From positions 16,339-80,338 of the forward strand of contig JACPGS010000014.1 in NCBI GenBank assembly GCA_016189025.1: DNA of 64,000 bases, given 5' to 3'. The DNA is from Candidatus Magasanikiibacteriota bacterium. Its GTDB lineage: Bacteria > Patescibacteriota > Patescibacteriia > Magasanikbacterales > GWA2-37-8. Position numbers and translations under genes: made by a program. Positions 38,101 through 46,997 of the stretch are shown here, one piece after another; position 1 is the stretch's first letter, and each line of letters starts with the position of its first letter. Below the pieces are notes generated by a model. The model did no database searches. It was not told the DNA's origin and saw nothing but the letters and a program-made list of their open reading frames with translations.

Positions 38101-41100
38101 GTCCCTGGCAGGGGCGATACACACGCCATTGGTACAGACGCCCGACCCGTCGGCTCCGCAGGGAGCGCCGTCTGGATTGCAGCTGTAAACTGCCGGGCCA
38201 GCGGTGGTCGGCACCCGTCTCACCAGCCGCCAGTCGGCCGGGGCGCTGGGGGGCGCGATATTCATCTGCCAGAGCTCTTCGGGAGGCGGCAGCCCCAAAA
38301 GCGAATATCCAGAATATTCCTGATTCCGCCAGCCTACCCCGCGTTTAACATAATCGGCGACAGTTAAGGCCGGGGTAGCGCCTTTGTTCTCCACCCAGTT
38401 GCCGCAATTAGTGAGGTCGCCCGGCTCGGTCGCCGGCGCCGCGGTATTGCAACGCCCTACTTCGTCGCATACTTCCCGCCAACGGGAAGTGGTCTGATCC
38501 CACACCCGGTGCGAGGAGCGGCACTGCAGCCACTCGCCGCATTCGCGGTCAGGCGCTACTTTAATGATGATGTTGGCATCGTTCTTGTTGCTGGCTGGCT
38601 CGGGCGGAACTAGCCGGCCGTCGTTGCGGTCGGATTTGCGGTAACTCGCCGCCGTATTCCACAGCTTGGCGGGGTTCGCTGTTTCGTCAAACAGGGCGCA
38701 GCCGTTTTTCAGACTCACTTCGCCGCTGCAGTCGTTTTTGTTGACCTTGTCGTTATTAAGGAAGTACCAGGGCCGGTTATTGTCGTTGCGGTCCACAAAT
38801 TCGCTACAGCCGGCTTCGGCCGCCGGACATTCGCCGACAAACCCGGCGTAAGTATTAACGTCGCCGGCCGACCACAAGCCATAGGAGCCGTCGGCCAAAG
38901 TATAATTGGGGTAACACGCGCGATCTTGGTTACACTTGTTGCCGGCGCCGCAGGCGGCATCGCTCGCGCAAATCTTAGTGGCATCGTTATCGCAGACCTT
39001 AACCCCGCTCCAGTACCAGCCGGCGCGGATGCCCTTATCCGGTACCGCCGGGCGATAAGCGCAAATCCGGTTGCCCTGCACGGCCGGATCTTTGGCATAA
39101 GTAGTGCCGCCCCTGGCGTCCAAGAGCGCGCTGCACCCCACCGCTTCGCTTTGGCAGAGCGCTTCGCGGTAGAGGGCAGGGTCGTTCTTAATCAGCGTGT
39201 CCTCAAACTGCGTGCCCGCTGCCGCCGGCACTAGAGCGCCAGCCGCGGTACAGCCGCGATCCGGCTCGCGGCAGATGGTTTCCTGATTATTTACCAGATA
39301 CCACGGCGTGGTGCTGGGCGTATCCGCGGGCAGATATACCGAGGAGGGGGTTAGTTGCGGACGCACCGCGGCGCCATTAATTTCTCCTTGGGCAGTTAAA
39401 ATGCCGGGCTCTACATCGCGCACGTCTACATAACAGCCCGGCTCCCCGGCCGGCACGGCGCAGGTGACCGGCGTGCGGCCGTCCGGGGCCGCCAGATCGC
39501 GGCCGTTAATGGTCAGCTTAAGAGTGCCGGGGCCGTTGCCTGGCAACCAGACGCGATACACCTGCGGGCCCTGGTCGGCTTCCGTCACCCGCCCGCCGGT
39601 CAGGGTGTTATAAGTATCCAAAACCGCAGTGCAGCCGATGGCCGCCTCGCGGCAGAGGAAGCTAAAATTAGTGAGGTTTTCGCTGCGGCCGTCCGCCGCC
39701 GTGTAGGCGCGACAGCCAAGAGCCTCGCCGGGCAGATTATCTTCCGGGTGAGAATCGCAGGCCGCCGGGATAGTGAGGGAATTTTTTAAGCGATAAAGAT
39801 AATCGCTCACTTCGGTGAGCTGGACATTGTCAATAAAGAACTGGCCGGGCGAAGCGGGATTAAAGAAAAGATACGCGCTGGTGGTGGCGCCGGTAAAAAT
39901 AACCGGGCCGTAGCGATAATACTGCCAGGCGTCGCCTAACCCGCGGCTCTCTAGAGTGGTATCAAAATTGCCGTCCGCATCCACCAGACGCACCGAGAGA
40001 TTCCCCCCGCTGCCTTTGGCCCAAAAGGTGAGGGTATAGCTTTCGCCCAGGCGCAGCGCTTCGCTATCAGTCAGACGGCGAATCAGCACCCCGCCGGCGC
40101 CGGAGACGGTAAGCGACTGTTCGTTGGCATGGGTGGATTCGGACGACAGCGCATAATTGGTGGCGCCGGCCGGCGCGCTCCAGGCCGGCAGATCCGCGGT
40201 GGTAGTAACGCCTTCAAAGGTATCGGTAAAAATCTGGCGCACGCGGTTGCCGCGCGGCCCCTTGTACTCGCGGCAGGATTCGGCCGCGGCGCTGCAGCTG
40301 GCGCTCGCGCCGGCGTTAGTCAAGACGCCGCCGGGCAGCCCGCGGTAATAGCAAAAGCCGTCGCGATATTCGCCGCCGCTGTAACACAATTCGCACCGGC
40401 CGCTCGCTAGCTCCCATTTGCCGCTTTCCGCCGCACACTCGGCAGCGCCAAACTCGCACCGCCCGTTATTCCACCGGCCGTGGCGGAGCGTGCAGGCCGC
40501 TTGGGTAGCCGCCCCGCTGACCAGCGCGGTGTACAGCTCCGGCGCGTCCAGCCGGTAATCGGTGCAGGAATTGGATACGGGAATAGTTTGGGCGAGCAGG
40601 CGATAATAAACCCGGCCTTGGTCATCGTTAAACTGCCGGCAATCTGCGTCCGCCTGTCCTGCTTGGTAGAGAGCCGCCGTGCATTTTTGCTCAAACCCAG
40701 CTAGTTCCTCTAGGGTGCGATAGAAATACTTGGGACCACCGCTGCCATCCGTTGCCAGAGTGTAAACGCGCAACTGGAATCCGGCTTGGGCGGTACCTTC
40801 AAACACCGTAAAATTCTTTTCTTTAGTTTTGGGGGTAGCGGGGTCCGGCAGCTGGCAAGGACGCAGCCTGGTAAAGTATTCCACCTGTTCAGCGCGACCC
40901 TCACTGACATTAGTAAAGGCGCGGCAGCCTTTTTCTTCGGCGCGGCACTCTTTGGCCAGATCCGGAATTAAATACGCCAGCGGCTCCCCGGCCGAATAAT
41001 CGCTTTCGGTTTCGCGATAAGCGTCATACCCCACGCACTGCGCCTCACAGCGGTCGCCGCTCACCACCTTGCCCGGAATCCGCTCGCCGGTTTCTTTGGC

Positions 41101-43305
41101 GGTGTACACCGCACAGCCCACTTCGTCGGGAATACAGGCCGGCGCATACTGCCCGCAGGCAGCCGGGGCGCCCGCGGCCAGGCGGTTCAAATCCGCCGGA
41201 TTTTCCGGCCACTGAATACCCGGGGCGGTGCGGTCAGCATCATAGCACCCCAGGTAATCGGGCGCTTTGCGCAAATTCAGCAAATCTCCGGCCGGGTCAG
41301 CGGCGGCCACAAACGCGGTGCAGCCCGCGGAGCGAGCGCCGCAGGTGGAAGCGGCCGGCAATTTAGCGTTAAAGTACACCGCATCCGAAGCAAAACCCAA
41401 AGCAGCGTCCGGCGTACTAGGCAGCTGCCACTTGCCGCTCGCATCCTGGCGCAGGCTGTAAGCGCGGCAGCCGACTGCCGCTTCGCTGCAGGAGCGGGTA
41501 TCCAGGGTGCGGGAGAGATAAGAAACTTCTTTCCCGCCTGACTGATAAGTCTGGCAGGTGCGATTTTCCGCCCGGCAGGTATCGGCATTAAATTTCCAGG
41601 CATTCTTCTCCCGCGCGCAATAGGCAAAAGTAGCGCAGGTTTTGTTATCCGGGGCATAAGCCACGCAGGTAGAGAGGTCGGCGCATTCGGTGAGGCGGGT
41701 CGGCACATCGCGCCCCAGATGCAGGGCCCCCGGCCCCAGGGCATTGCAGCGCGCCGGCGGCGCCTTGATTACCCAATCCGGATCAATCAGATGGCAATAG
41801 GGGAAGCGCGCCGGGTCGGGGCGCACGCCGGTAATCTCCCCGGCCGGATTGCGGATAAAGTCGCAGTCATTAAAGCCTTTCACTACGTCGCCCAAAATCC
41901 AGGGGCGATCCGGGTTGCTGTTCGCGGCGGCAATCTCAAAGCCCAGGGGCAGTATCCGCGCCTGGCGCAATACTTTAATGTTGCTGTAACAATAAGCATT
42001 CTGGCAGAATTGTTTTAAGTCGGCGTTCTCGGTCACCCGGCTCCCGGGAATCAGTTTGCGGTCAGCGTGCAGCCAGCCGCGCGCCAAGGCCGAAGCAACG
42101 GTAACGGTTTCACCGCCCGCCGCGTTCTGTAGCGCCAGCAAAAGGTCGTTGTCGGCGCGGCAGTTATAGGTGCCGCTCCCCTCGCAGTTGCCGAGCTCGG
42201 CAATTAAATCATAGCTTTCTTTGGCGCCAAGCTCCACTGCCAGAAATGAGCTGAATAATTCCTGGGCCGCGCGCCGGCCTCCCACGGCCCCGCCGGCTTC
42301 AAATTGCTGGGCAGCAGCCCCGGCGCCGAGACAATTTTGGCTGCCGTCGCGGCAGCCGCTGCCAAAGGGCAGAATACCCTTTTCCTGGTAATTTTTTACC
42401 ATCGTAGAAACCAGGGTATTCAGGAAAATTCCCAACACATTGGGAATGACCCTGATTTCGCCGGAAGTAAGGAGCGCCCGCACCTGCTCTTCGTCGCTTT
42501 CGCCTTGTTTGCTGGGGATGATGTTTTCAAATCCTTTTTGAATTAGCGCCGCCGGATTGGTAATCTGGTTGGAGATCAACGTGGTCTTAGCTAAAAAGCC
42601 TTTGCCTTCCTCGCGCTGCTTATCGGCCCCGGCCACTTTATTGCGAATCAGCTGATCAATTTTTTGGGTAGTTTTTAAATGAATGCCAAAATCGGTCTGG
42701 GATAATTCCAGATTGGCGCTGAATCTTTCGGCCAGCGATTCTTCGCTGTATTTGCTCCGCCAGGCATCGCCGCTAAACCACTCGCTGGTAAACTGCGAAA
42801 AACTGCACTTGCCTTTGAGCGGCGATCCCGGCTCGGCGCCGGGGACATCTTCAAAACCGGTGCGCAAACCAATGCGCAGCGCCAGATTAACCTTAACATC
42901 AGGAATCTGGCAGATATTTTCCACGCCAAACGCACTCCCTAGCTGTTCAATGCCGGCCCCCAGGGCGTCATCACCCACCTGCTTCAGATAATCGCCAAAT
43001 CCTTTAGTGAAAGCGAGCGGGCTTTGGCCCTTGCCCCCCGCGGCCAGCCACACGGCCGAGTCATAAGCGAATTTGCGCAGGGCATAAGCCACCACCCGGC
43101 TGGTGGCGGTGAGCACCGCGGCCTTCAAGCCGGCATAAATCTGATTGATGATCTTATTGGTGGTATCGGGAATGCTGCCGGTGATAAAAGCCGGCAAGCC
43201 TTGCGCCTGCGCCGGCGCCGGAATAAGCAGGGTGCCGGCGAGCGAAGTGGCAGCCAGCAATACCGCCAAAAGCCCGAGACTGAATTTTTGCCAGGGTTTA
43301 GGCAT
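35140..43305 (-). CDS. Giant (2721 aa) secreted cysteine-rich surface protein with a lectin/CBM-like beta-sandwich segment.
   Basis: The signal peptide MPKPWQKFSLGLLAVLLAATSLAGTLLIPAPAQAQG and many Cys clusters throughout are present. The segment ...LTFWAKGSGGNLSVRLVDADGNFD...FFNPASPGQFFIDNVQLTEV resembles carbohydrate-binding beta-sandwich modules. The gene is about 65% GC. Confidence 0.65.
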   Translation of the reverse strand: MPKPWQKFSLGLLAVLLAATSLAGTLLIPAPAQAQGLPAFITGSIPDTTNKIINQIYAGLKAAVLTATSRVVAYALRKFAYDSAVWLAAGGKGQSPLAFTKGFGDYLKQVGDDALGAGIEQLGSAFGVENICQIPDVKVNLALRIGLRTGFEDVPGAEPGSPLKGKCSFSQFTSEWFSGDAWRSKYSEESLAERFSANLELSQTDFGIHLKTTQKIDQLIRNKVAGADKQREEGKGFLAKTTLISNQITNPAALIQKGFENIIPSKQGESDEEQVRALLTSGEIRVIPNVLGIFLNTLVSTMVKNYQEKGILPFGSGCRDGSQNCLGAGAAAQQFEAGGAVGGRRAAQELFSSFLAVELGAKESYDLIAELGNCEGSGTYNCRADNDLLLALQNAAGGETVTVASALARGWLHADRKLIPGSRVTENADLKQFCQNAYCYSNIKVLRQARILPLGFEIAAANSNPDRPWILGDVVKGFNDCDFIRNPAGEITGVRPDPARFPYCHLIDPDWVIKAPPARCNALGPGALHLGRDVPTRLTECADLSTCVAYAPDNKTCATFAYCAREKNAWKFNADTCRAENRTCQTYQSGGKEVSYLSRTLDTRSCSEAAVGCRAYSLRQDASGKWQLPSTPDAALGFASDAVYFNAKLPAASTCGARSAGCTAFVAAADPAGDLLNLRKAPDYLGCYDADRTAPGIQWPENPADLNRLAAGAPAACGQYAPACIPDEVGCAVYTAKETGERIPGKVVSGDRCEAQCVGYDAYRETESDYSAGEPLAYLIPDLAKECRAEEKGCRAFTNVSEGRAEQVEYFTRLRPCQLPDPATPKTKEKNFTVFEGTAQAGFQLRVYTLATDGSGGPKYFYRTLEELAGFEQKCTAALYQAGQADADCRQFNDDQGRVYYRLLAQTIPVSNSCTDYRLDAPELYTALVSGAATQAACTLRHGRWNNGRCEFGAAECAAESGKWELASGRCELCYSGGEYRDGFCYYRGLPGGVLTNAGASASCSAAAESCREYKGPRGNRVRQIFTDTFEGVTTTADLPAWSAPAGATNYALSSESTHANEQSLTVSGAGGVLIRRLTDSEALRLGESYTLTFWAKGSGGNLSVRLVDADGNFDTTLESRGLGDAWQYYRYGPVIFTGATTSAYLFFNPASPGQFFIDNVQLTEVSDYLYRLKNSLTIPAACDSHPEDNLPGEALGCRAYTAADGRSENLTNFSFLCREAAIGCTAVLDTYNTLTGGRVTEADQGPQVYRVWLPGNGPGTLKLTINGRDLAAPDGRTPVTCAVPAGEPGCYVDVRDVEPGILTAQGEINGAAVRPQLTPSSVYLPADTPSTTPWYLVNNQETICREPDRGCTAAGALVPAAAGTQFEDTLIKNDPALYREALCQSEAVGCSALLDARGGTTYAKDPAVQGNRICAYRPAVPDKGIRAGWYWSGVKVCDNDATKICASDAACGAGNKCNQDRACYPNYTLADGSYGLWSAGDVNTYAGFVGECPAAEAGCSEFVDRNDNNRPWYFLNNDKVNKNDCSGEVSLKNGCALFDETANPAKLWNTAASYRKSDRNDGRLVPPEPASNKNDANIIIKVAPDRECGEWLQCRSSHRVWDQTTSRWREVCDEVGRCNTAAPATEPGDLTNCGNWVENKGATPALTVADYVKRGVGWRNQEYSGYSLLGLPPPEELWQMNIAPPSAPADWRLVRRVPTTAGPAVYSCNPDGAPCGADGSGVCTNGVCIAPARDNTAAAERLTCRAYPEEDAPFPNTLSLVDAPLFNGVKRCQESGPSAAGPTALACECDYTRVQYGDLTTKFWNYRAPNSANPLPRAGATLPGPKGVPPALCEGGTQAGKVCATNADCAPRPGATPDGTCQRLTREDKRIGWRGYCLEYDQSRPLNNDPKTHPCLTWWPVDTLQGALDINNQHAEAGYQNPERGGTFYCLNSSGGADAQGGHSFVTRPHLSISTNQFAVNPLPPDSSTEEAKIIQTDIEKITFQVVSSGPEDPAPGTIFEIWPNDPATQQASYKVKPKNKEDGDWQLGYAVAGRFLGQSHQLVLMYGSQLVQGNTADTYVKEDGQVCFPLAGGRCGDLSGNIFTRIIGDPWQSSSCPGANRGNGNWHAIKVRFDLETRAFLGYDFSFCDDSPDSGGIDYKVTFHLREWCRAIAEAKVDYAAPETAPWTNRLWNKLRQFPIQALRFTSSAGKTNLNYNVNTPFSPFGSLDANSPEGLASPVILTPFSLPSEAGQVGRPCSGLVERTNLPATCRCPSGGLEECRYWILDPQASIGAPYSCADAAGSRICTRSEEQQGKLVTVKTAAGEYLAPEGRNNLGQIFAAVKRIFRFDLTPASTASGYTGYQVTDERIATAGSLFADFVYDYTATGDLHDGNTVGVAPQRPQLWAPFRCDAADDCFEGPTSRDVFTVNGVTSTAKISGAANRTAVLRFFGAADSNQMPLRGVAVDWGDGRVIRYAGQYRNQRGKIEDICRQGARVCQGDPAVNGRTCSADADCQGQLQHYQCSIRETEGRCRDDRSIACTASDNSDCPFFDNDSNRPRTPCSVPSTKYCDINGQKGDVCTTDQACPPLPNQPTPTCSSGLRCTVGGQSCTQLNGSCGPARWCVEAGQAPTFDRQEGATCDNAFFQFEHVYQCAADAGNLNWLPNDSRCRAAGLPGGCCIYRPRVQLTDNWGWCNGNCGRTDSAGRNLGCYREECQDNSPTSGAWTTFQGNVIVAPSQ

Positions 43306-43310
43306 AAATT

Positions 43311-43958
43311 TTACCGCCGGGTTGCGGGAGCGATCAGGGCGGGCAGATTCGCAAAGGGACTACTCGTGCTCATCAGTTCTCTAACCAGGGCAATGAGCGT
43401 CGCATCATCCACCTGATTTAATACTTCCTCGCTGGTGCCGGTTTCGCGCAGCAGCTGGCGCAGCGCCTTGGGGTCGGCGAGCAGCGCCGCCAAATCCAGG
43501 GACGGCGCGGCAAGGGCCGCCGCTCCTCCCGGCAGAATATTTTCCGCCGTGGCAGTGGCGCTAGCGCGCGGCACTGCGCCGCCGCTGACCACTAGATTGG
43601 AACAGTCTTGACCCCTAGGGCACAGCGGCAACCCTTGGGCCACTACCTCCGCATCGGAGAATCCATAGCTGAACGTGTCGTAAAGATAAGGACTGGTGCC
43701 GTAAACATACAATTCTTCAAAATCAGACAAGGTATCGCGATCCGTATCCCGAAAGCGCAGGGCATCGGTGCTTTGTACCGAGTGGCGCACCGTTGCCGGC
43801 ACGTCGTTGGTTAAGGCAAACGGCGCGTACATGGTATTGCGAATCTGCAGCGCGCCCAGCCCCACGGTAAAAATCGCAAAAACGCTAAGCAGAACGACGC
43901 CGATTTGCCGTTCGCGGGAAATGGTGGCCGGACGTTCTGCTTCCATGAAATATAACAA
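43311..43958 (-). CDS. Hypothetical membrane-anchored protein with an EF-hand-like calcium-binding loop.
   Basis: TM helix IGVVLLSVFAIFTVGLGALQI and the loop DTDRDTLSDFEE (D-x-D-x-D-x-x-x-D-x-x-E pattern). It is the first gene of the operon that continues into the two giant genes. Confidence 0.4.
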   Translation of the reverse strand: MLYFMEAERPATISRERQIGVVLLSVFAIFTVGLGALQIRNTMYAPFALTNDVPATVRHSVQSTDALRFRDTDRDTLSDFEELYVYGTSPYLYDTFSYGFSDAEVVAQGLPLCPRGQDCSNLVVSGGAVPRASATATAENILPGGAAALAAPSLDLAALLADPKALRQLLRETGTSEEVLNQVDDATLIALVRELMSTSSPFANLPALIAPATRR

Positions 43959-44018
43959 AATGAATGCCTAACTCGCGGCCGGTAGTTATTCTGGAGTATA
44001 GCATAAAAAACCGAAAAA

Positions 44019-44045
44019 GACAAGAAATGGAAAATCTTTTCCATC
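44019..44045 (-). terminator. Intrinsic terminator downstream of rsmA.
   Basis: aaatggaaaa-tc-ttttccattt is a 10-bp perfect palindrome followed (minus orientation) by a T-rich run. Confidence 0.4.
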
Positions 44046-44062
44046 TTTATCATTAAAACCTC

Positions 44063-44965
44063 TTAACCAAGCAAAATTTTCGTTAATTCTTCCCACTGCG
44101 CCACGGACAATTCCTGGGCCCGCACGGTCGGCGGCAACGACCAGGTGCCAAAAATACGCCCTAATTCAGTCTGTTGCCCCTTTCCCGCTACTGCCGCCAG
44201 ATTCTTAATCAGCAGCTTGCGACGATTACTAAACCCGGCCTTTACTACTCTAAAAAACTCCCGAGCAAACTTTTTCTTTACTCCGTTCTCCCCCTCGGCT
44301 TGGCTCGGGGTAAACTTTTTACTTTTTACTTTCACCTTCAATATCGCTGAATCAACCTTGGGCTCCGGCCAAAACGCCTGCCGCGGCACTAAAGCGATAA
44401 TCTCCGGCGCCGCATAATACTGCACCGCTACTGAAAGCAGCGACATCTCTCCTGGTCTGGCGCAGATCCGCTCCGCCACCTCGCGCTGCACCATCAGCAC
44501 CATTAACTGCGGCGGGTGCGACGCCTCTAAAAACGCCCGGATGAGCGCCGAGGTAATCTGATAGGGCAAATTAGCCACTACTTTATACTGCTGGCTGATT
44601 GCTGAATCTGCTGCCTGCCCTGAGCCTGCCGAATGGGATTGCTGAATCTCCCGCAACGCATTCCCCCAGACAATCTCTAAATTCTTCTGTTGCTTTAATT
44701 GCTCCTCCCAATACGGCTGCAACTTCTTTTCAATCTCCAACGCCACCACCCGACCGACGCGCGGGGAAAGCGCCAGAGTAAGTGCGCCAAACCCCGGTCC
44801 GATTTCTACTATCGTATCATCCGGTTTCAATTCCGCCGCCGCGAACATTTTTTCTAAAGGAGCAGGGTCAATCAAAAAATTCTGGCCGTATTTTGCGGTG
44901 GGCTTAAGGTGATACCGTTGACAAAGGGACTGAAGATAATTGAGATTAAACAAATCATGATACAT
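44063..44965 (-). CDS. rsmA: 16S rRNA (adenine1518/1519-N6)-dimethyltransferase.
   Basis: ...KYGQNFLIDPAPLEKMF...DTIVEIGPGFGALTLAL... (SAM-binding motif I) and conserved KsgA regions are present. Confidence 0.9.
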   Translation of the reverse strand: MYHDLFNLNYLQSLCQRYHLKPTAKYGQNFLIDPAPLEKMFAAAELKPDDTIVEIGPGFGALTLALSPRVGRVVALEIEKKLQPYWEEQLKQQKNLEIVWGNALREIQQSHSAGSGQAADSAISQQYKVVANLPYQITSALIRAFLEASHPPQLMVLMVQREVAERICARPGEMSLLSVAVQYYAAPEIIALVPRQAFWPEPKVDSAILKVKVKSKKFTPSQAEGENGVKKKFAREFFRVVKAGFSNRRKLLIKNLAAVAGKGQQTELGRIFGTWSLPPTVRAQELSVAQWEELTKILLG

Positions 44966-44975
44966 AGAGGAATCT

Positions 44976-46133
44976 CTACCGGTCTCCCGCCAACTCTGTC
45001 TTTAACCCCGCCGCCGTATAATGGTTGCGCGAATTCCATAACAGCCACCCGGCGTCGCTTACCTTTTCTACGGCATCAATCTGGGCGCGGATTTTTTTGG
45101 CGTCGTATACGGCGCCGAGGTTAAACGCCTGCAGCCAGGGGCGCACCCGGGCGCGCTTATCAGCAAACTTCGGCAATCCCAGCTTAAGGCCATAGGCGAT
45201 GACTTTCGCCGGCGCCGCGGCCGGATTCTTTAACCCCAAGTGCCCGCGCGGGTAATGCGAGGGGTACATCATCGGCGAAATATAATCCACGTGGGGGGCG
45301 GCATCCGCAATCCGCTGGCCGATGTTGAGGTCATTCTGGCCGGCGGCTTCCATGGTCAAACCAAACAAATCCAGCGATATCCAGGCGGGCTCTTGCCCCA
45401 ACTCTTCCCCCAGATACTGATAAAATTTAGCCATCACTTGCGCCCGCGACTGATTGCCGTTGGTATATTTTACTAAGCGGATGTTGCCATCCGAGGGAAA
45501 ACGGATATAATCAAAATTTATCTCATCAAACCCCAAGCTAATCGCCTCTTTAGCAATCGCTAAATTATATTCCCACACTTCGCGCCGCGTCGGGTCTACC
45601 CAGGTCAAACCTTTATAATCGCGCCACCGCCCCCCGCGCTTGCTTTTAATCGCCCACTCCGGCCGGCGCCCGGCTAAAACCGGATCCTGGAACACTACCT
45701 GGCGCGCCATTACATACACGCCCGCCTGGTGTAATTGGGTAATGATAGACGACAAATCGGAGAGAATCGGTTTTTTTGTTTTAAGCTGGTTCACCAGGGG
45801 CACGGCGCTGTCGTACAACACATAGCCGGTATAGTCTTTAATGTCAATCACCACGGCATTGAGCTCGGTTCGCTGAATCAGGCGGAGGATTGCCCGGAGT
45901 TTATCCGGACTGGCAGCCGAATAGGCAGTTAAGTATATGCCTTTCACGGTTTGAGCCGGCGGCTTCTCGCGCGCCGCCAGAGGAAGAGCCGACGGCACCG
46001 TAACCGTCGCCGGCGTACTGGTAGAAACGATTTCCGTCTCCGCCTGCGCCCACTGGTCGGATATACTCCCGGCTGCGCCGAGACTAATAACTAAGAAACA
46101 GACCAAATTAAAAACTGAATGCTGACGAAACAT
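44976..46133 (-). CDS. Putative secreted glycoside-hydrolase-like protein (GHL10/DUF187-type TIM-barrel).
   Basis: A signal peptide and the block ...VKGIYLTAYSAASPDKLRAILRLIQRTELNAVVIDIKDYTGYVLY...GVYVMARQVVFQD are typical of the family-10-like 'glycosyl hydrolase-like' lipoproteins. The likely ATG is at 46133 (MFRQHS...); the ORF track start at 46163 is encoded by repeat A3. Confidence 0.5.
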   Translation of the reverse strand: MFRQHSVFNLVCFLVISLGAAGSISDQWAQAETEIVSTSTPATVTVPSALPLAAREKPPAQTVKGIYLTAYSAASPDKLRAILRLIQRTELNAVVIDIKDYTGYVLYDSAVPLVNQLKTKKPILSDLSSIITQLHQAGVYVMARQVVFQDPVLAGRRPEWAIKSKRGGRWRDYKGLTWVDPTRREVWEYNLAIAKEAISLGFDEINFDYIRFPSDGNIRLVKYTNGNQSRAQVMAKFYQYLGEELGQEPAWISLDLFGLTMEAAGQNDLNIGQRIADAAPHVDYISPMMYPSHYPRGHLGLKNPAAAPAKVIAYGLKLGLPKFADKRARVRPWLQAFNLGAVYDAKKIRAQIDAVEKVSDAGWLLWNSRNHYTAAGLKTELAGDR

Positions 46134-46142
46134 ATTTTGAAA

Positions 46143-46324
46143 CTGTAGAAGAATGCCGAACATAATCGTTATCCGCCTGGTCGCTATCGCTATTGCTAAA
46201 ATTAGCCTGGTTAGTCGCGGCAGACACTCTTTGGGTGCTCTCCCGACTTGAGATCGGGATGCGCGCCCAAAGACACTCGTCTGCCGCGCCCTGATGCTAA
46301 CTGGTTTTTTTAATTCTTCTCCAG
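46143..46324 (+). repeat. Interspersed repeat family A, copy 3.
   Basis: TIRs are ctgtagaagaat / attcttctccag (11/12); the core is identical to the other copies. Confidence 0.8.
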
Positions 46325-46341
46325 TCTCATTTTTAGCCTGG

Positions 46342-46953
46342 CTAAATCTGCTCCACTTTTACTTCTCCTTGTCTGATTACTTTTAATATTCCCCCTACCA
46401 CGCTCACGACTGTCGTGGGCAGGCGCCGCGGCAATTTGCCATAGTCTAAAATAATGTCTGGCTGCTCGCGGCGCTCCTTAAACTGTCGGATTACTTCTGC
46501 CGAATCGTATAAATCACCCTGGTCAGCCAGATTCGCCGACGTTGCCACCAGCGGCCGCCCCAATTTTCCGGTCAGCGATTGCAGCAACGGATGGGCAGTT
46601 ACGCGGATCGCCAGGGTGTTATCTTTGGCAACTACACCCCTCGCCAAATCTTTCTCCTTTTTCTCTTTTGCCTTTCCCACTACCGTTACCGCCCCTGGCC
46701 AATACTTGGCGGCAATTTTTTCAAGAAGATCATTCCAGACTACATATTCTTTCGCCATAGCCACCGAAGACACAACCACGAGCAAGGGCTTTTCGCTTAG
46801 CCGGCCTTTGATTTTGAAGATCTTGTCTACGGCTAGTTGGTTGGTAGCATCGCACCCCAGGCCATAAGAAGTTTCGGTGGGGAAGACGATGGTTTTACCA
46901 CTGCGTAATTCAATAAACACTTCGGAAAGATTGCCGGCGGTAAAAATTTTCAT
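46342..46953 (-). CDS. tsaC: L-threonylcarbamoyladenylate synthase (YrdC/TsaC type).
   Basis: ...TIVFPTETSYGLGCDATNQ...KIKGRLSEKPLLVVV... are YrdC-fold signature blocks. Confidence 0.85.
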   Translation of the reverse strand: MKIFTAGNLSEVFIELRSGKTIVFPTETSYGLGCDATNQLAVDKIFKIKGRLSEKPLLVVVSSVAMAKEYVVWNDLLEKIAAKYWPGAVTVVGKAKEKKEKDLARGVVAKDNTLAIRVTAHPLLQSLTGKLGRPLVATSANLADQGDLYDSAEVIRQFKERREQPDIILDYGKLPRRLPTTVVSVVGGILKVIRQGEVKVEQI

Positions 46954-46997
46954 ATCTCTCCGAGCGAGAGTAATCTAAAAATCTATCTGAATCCTAA

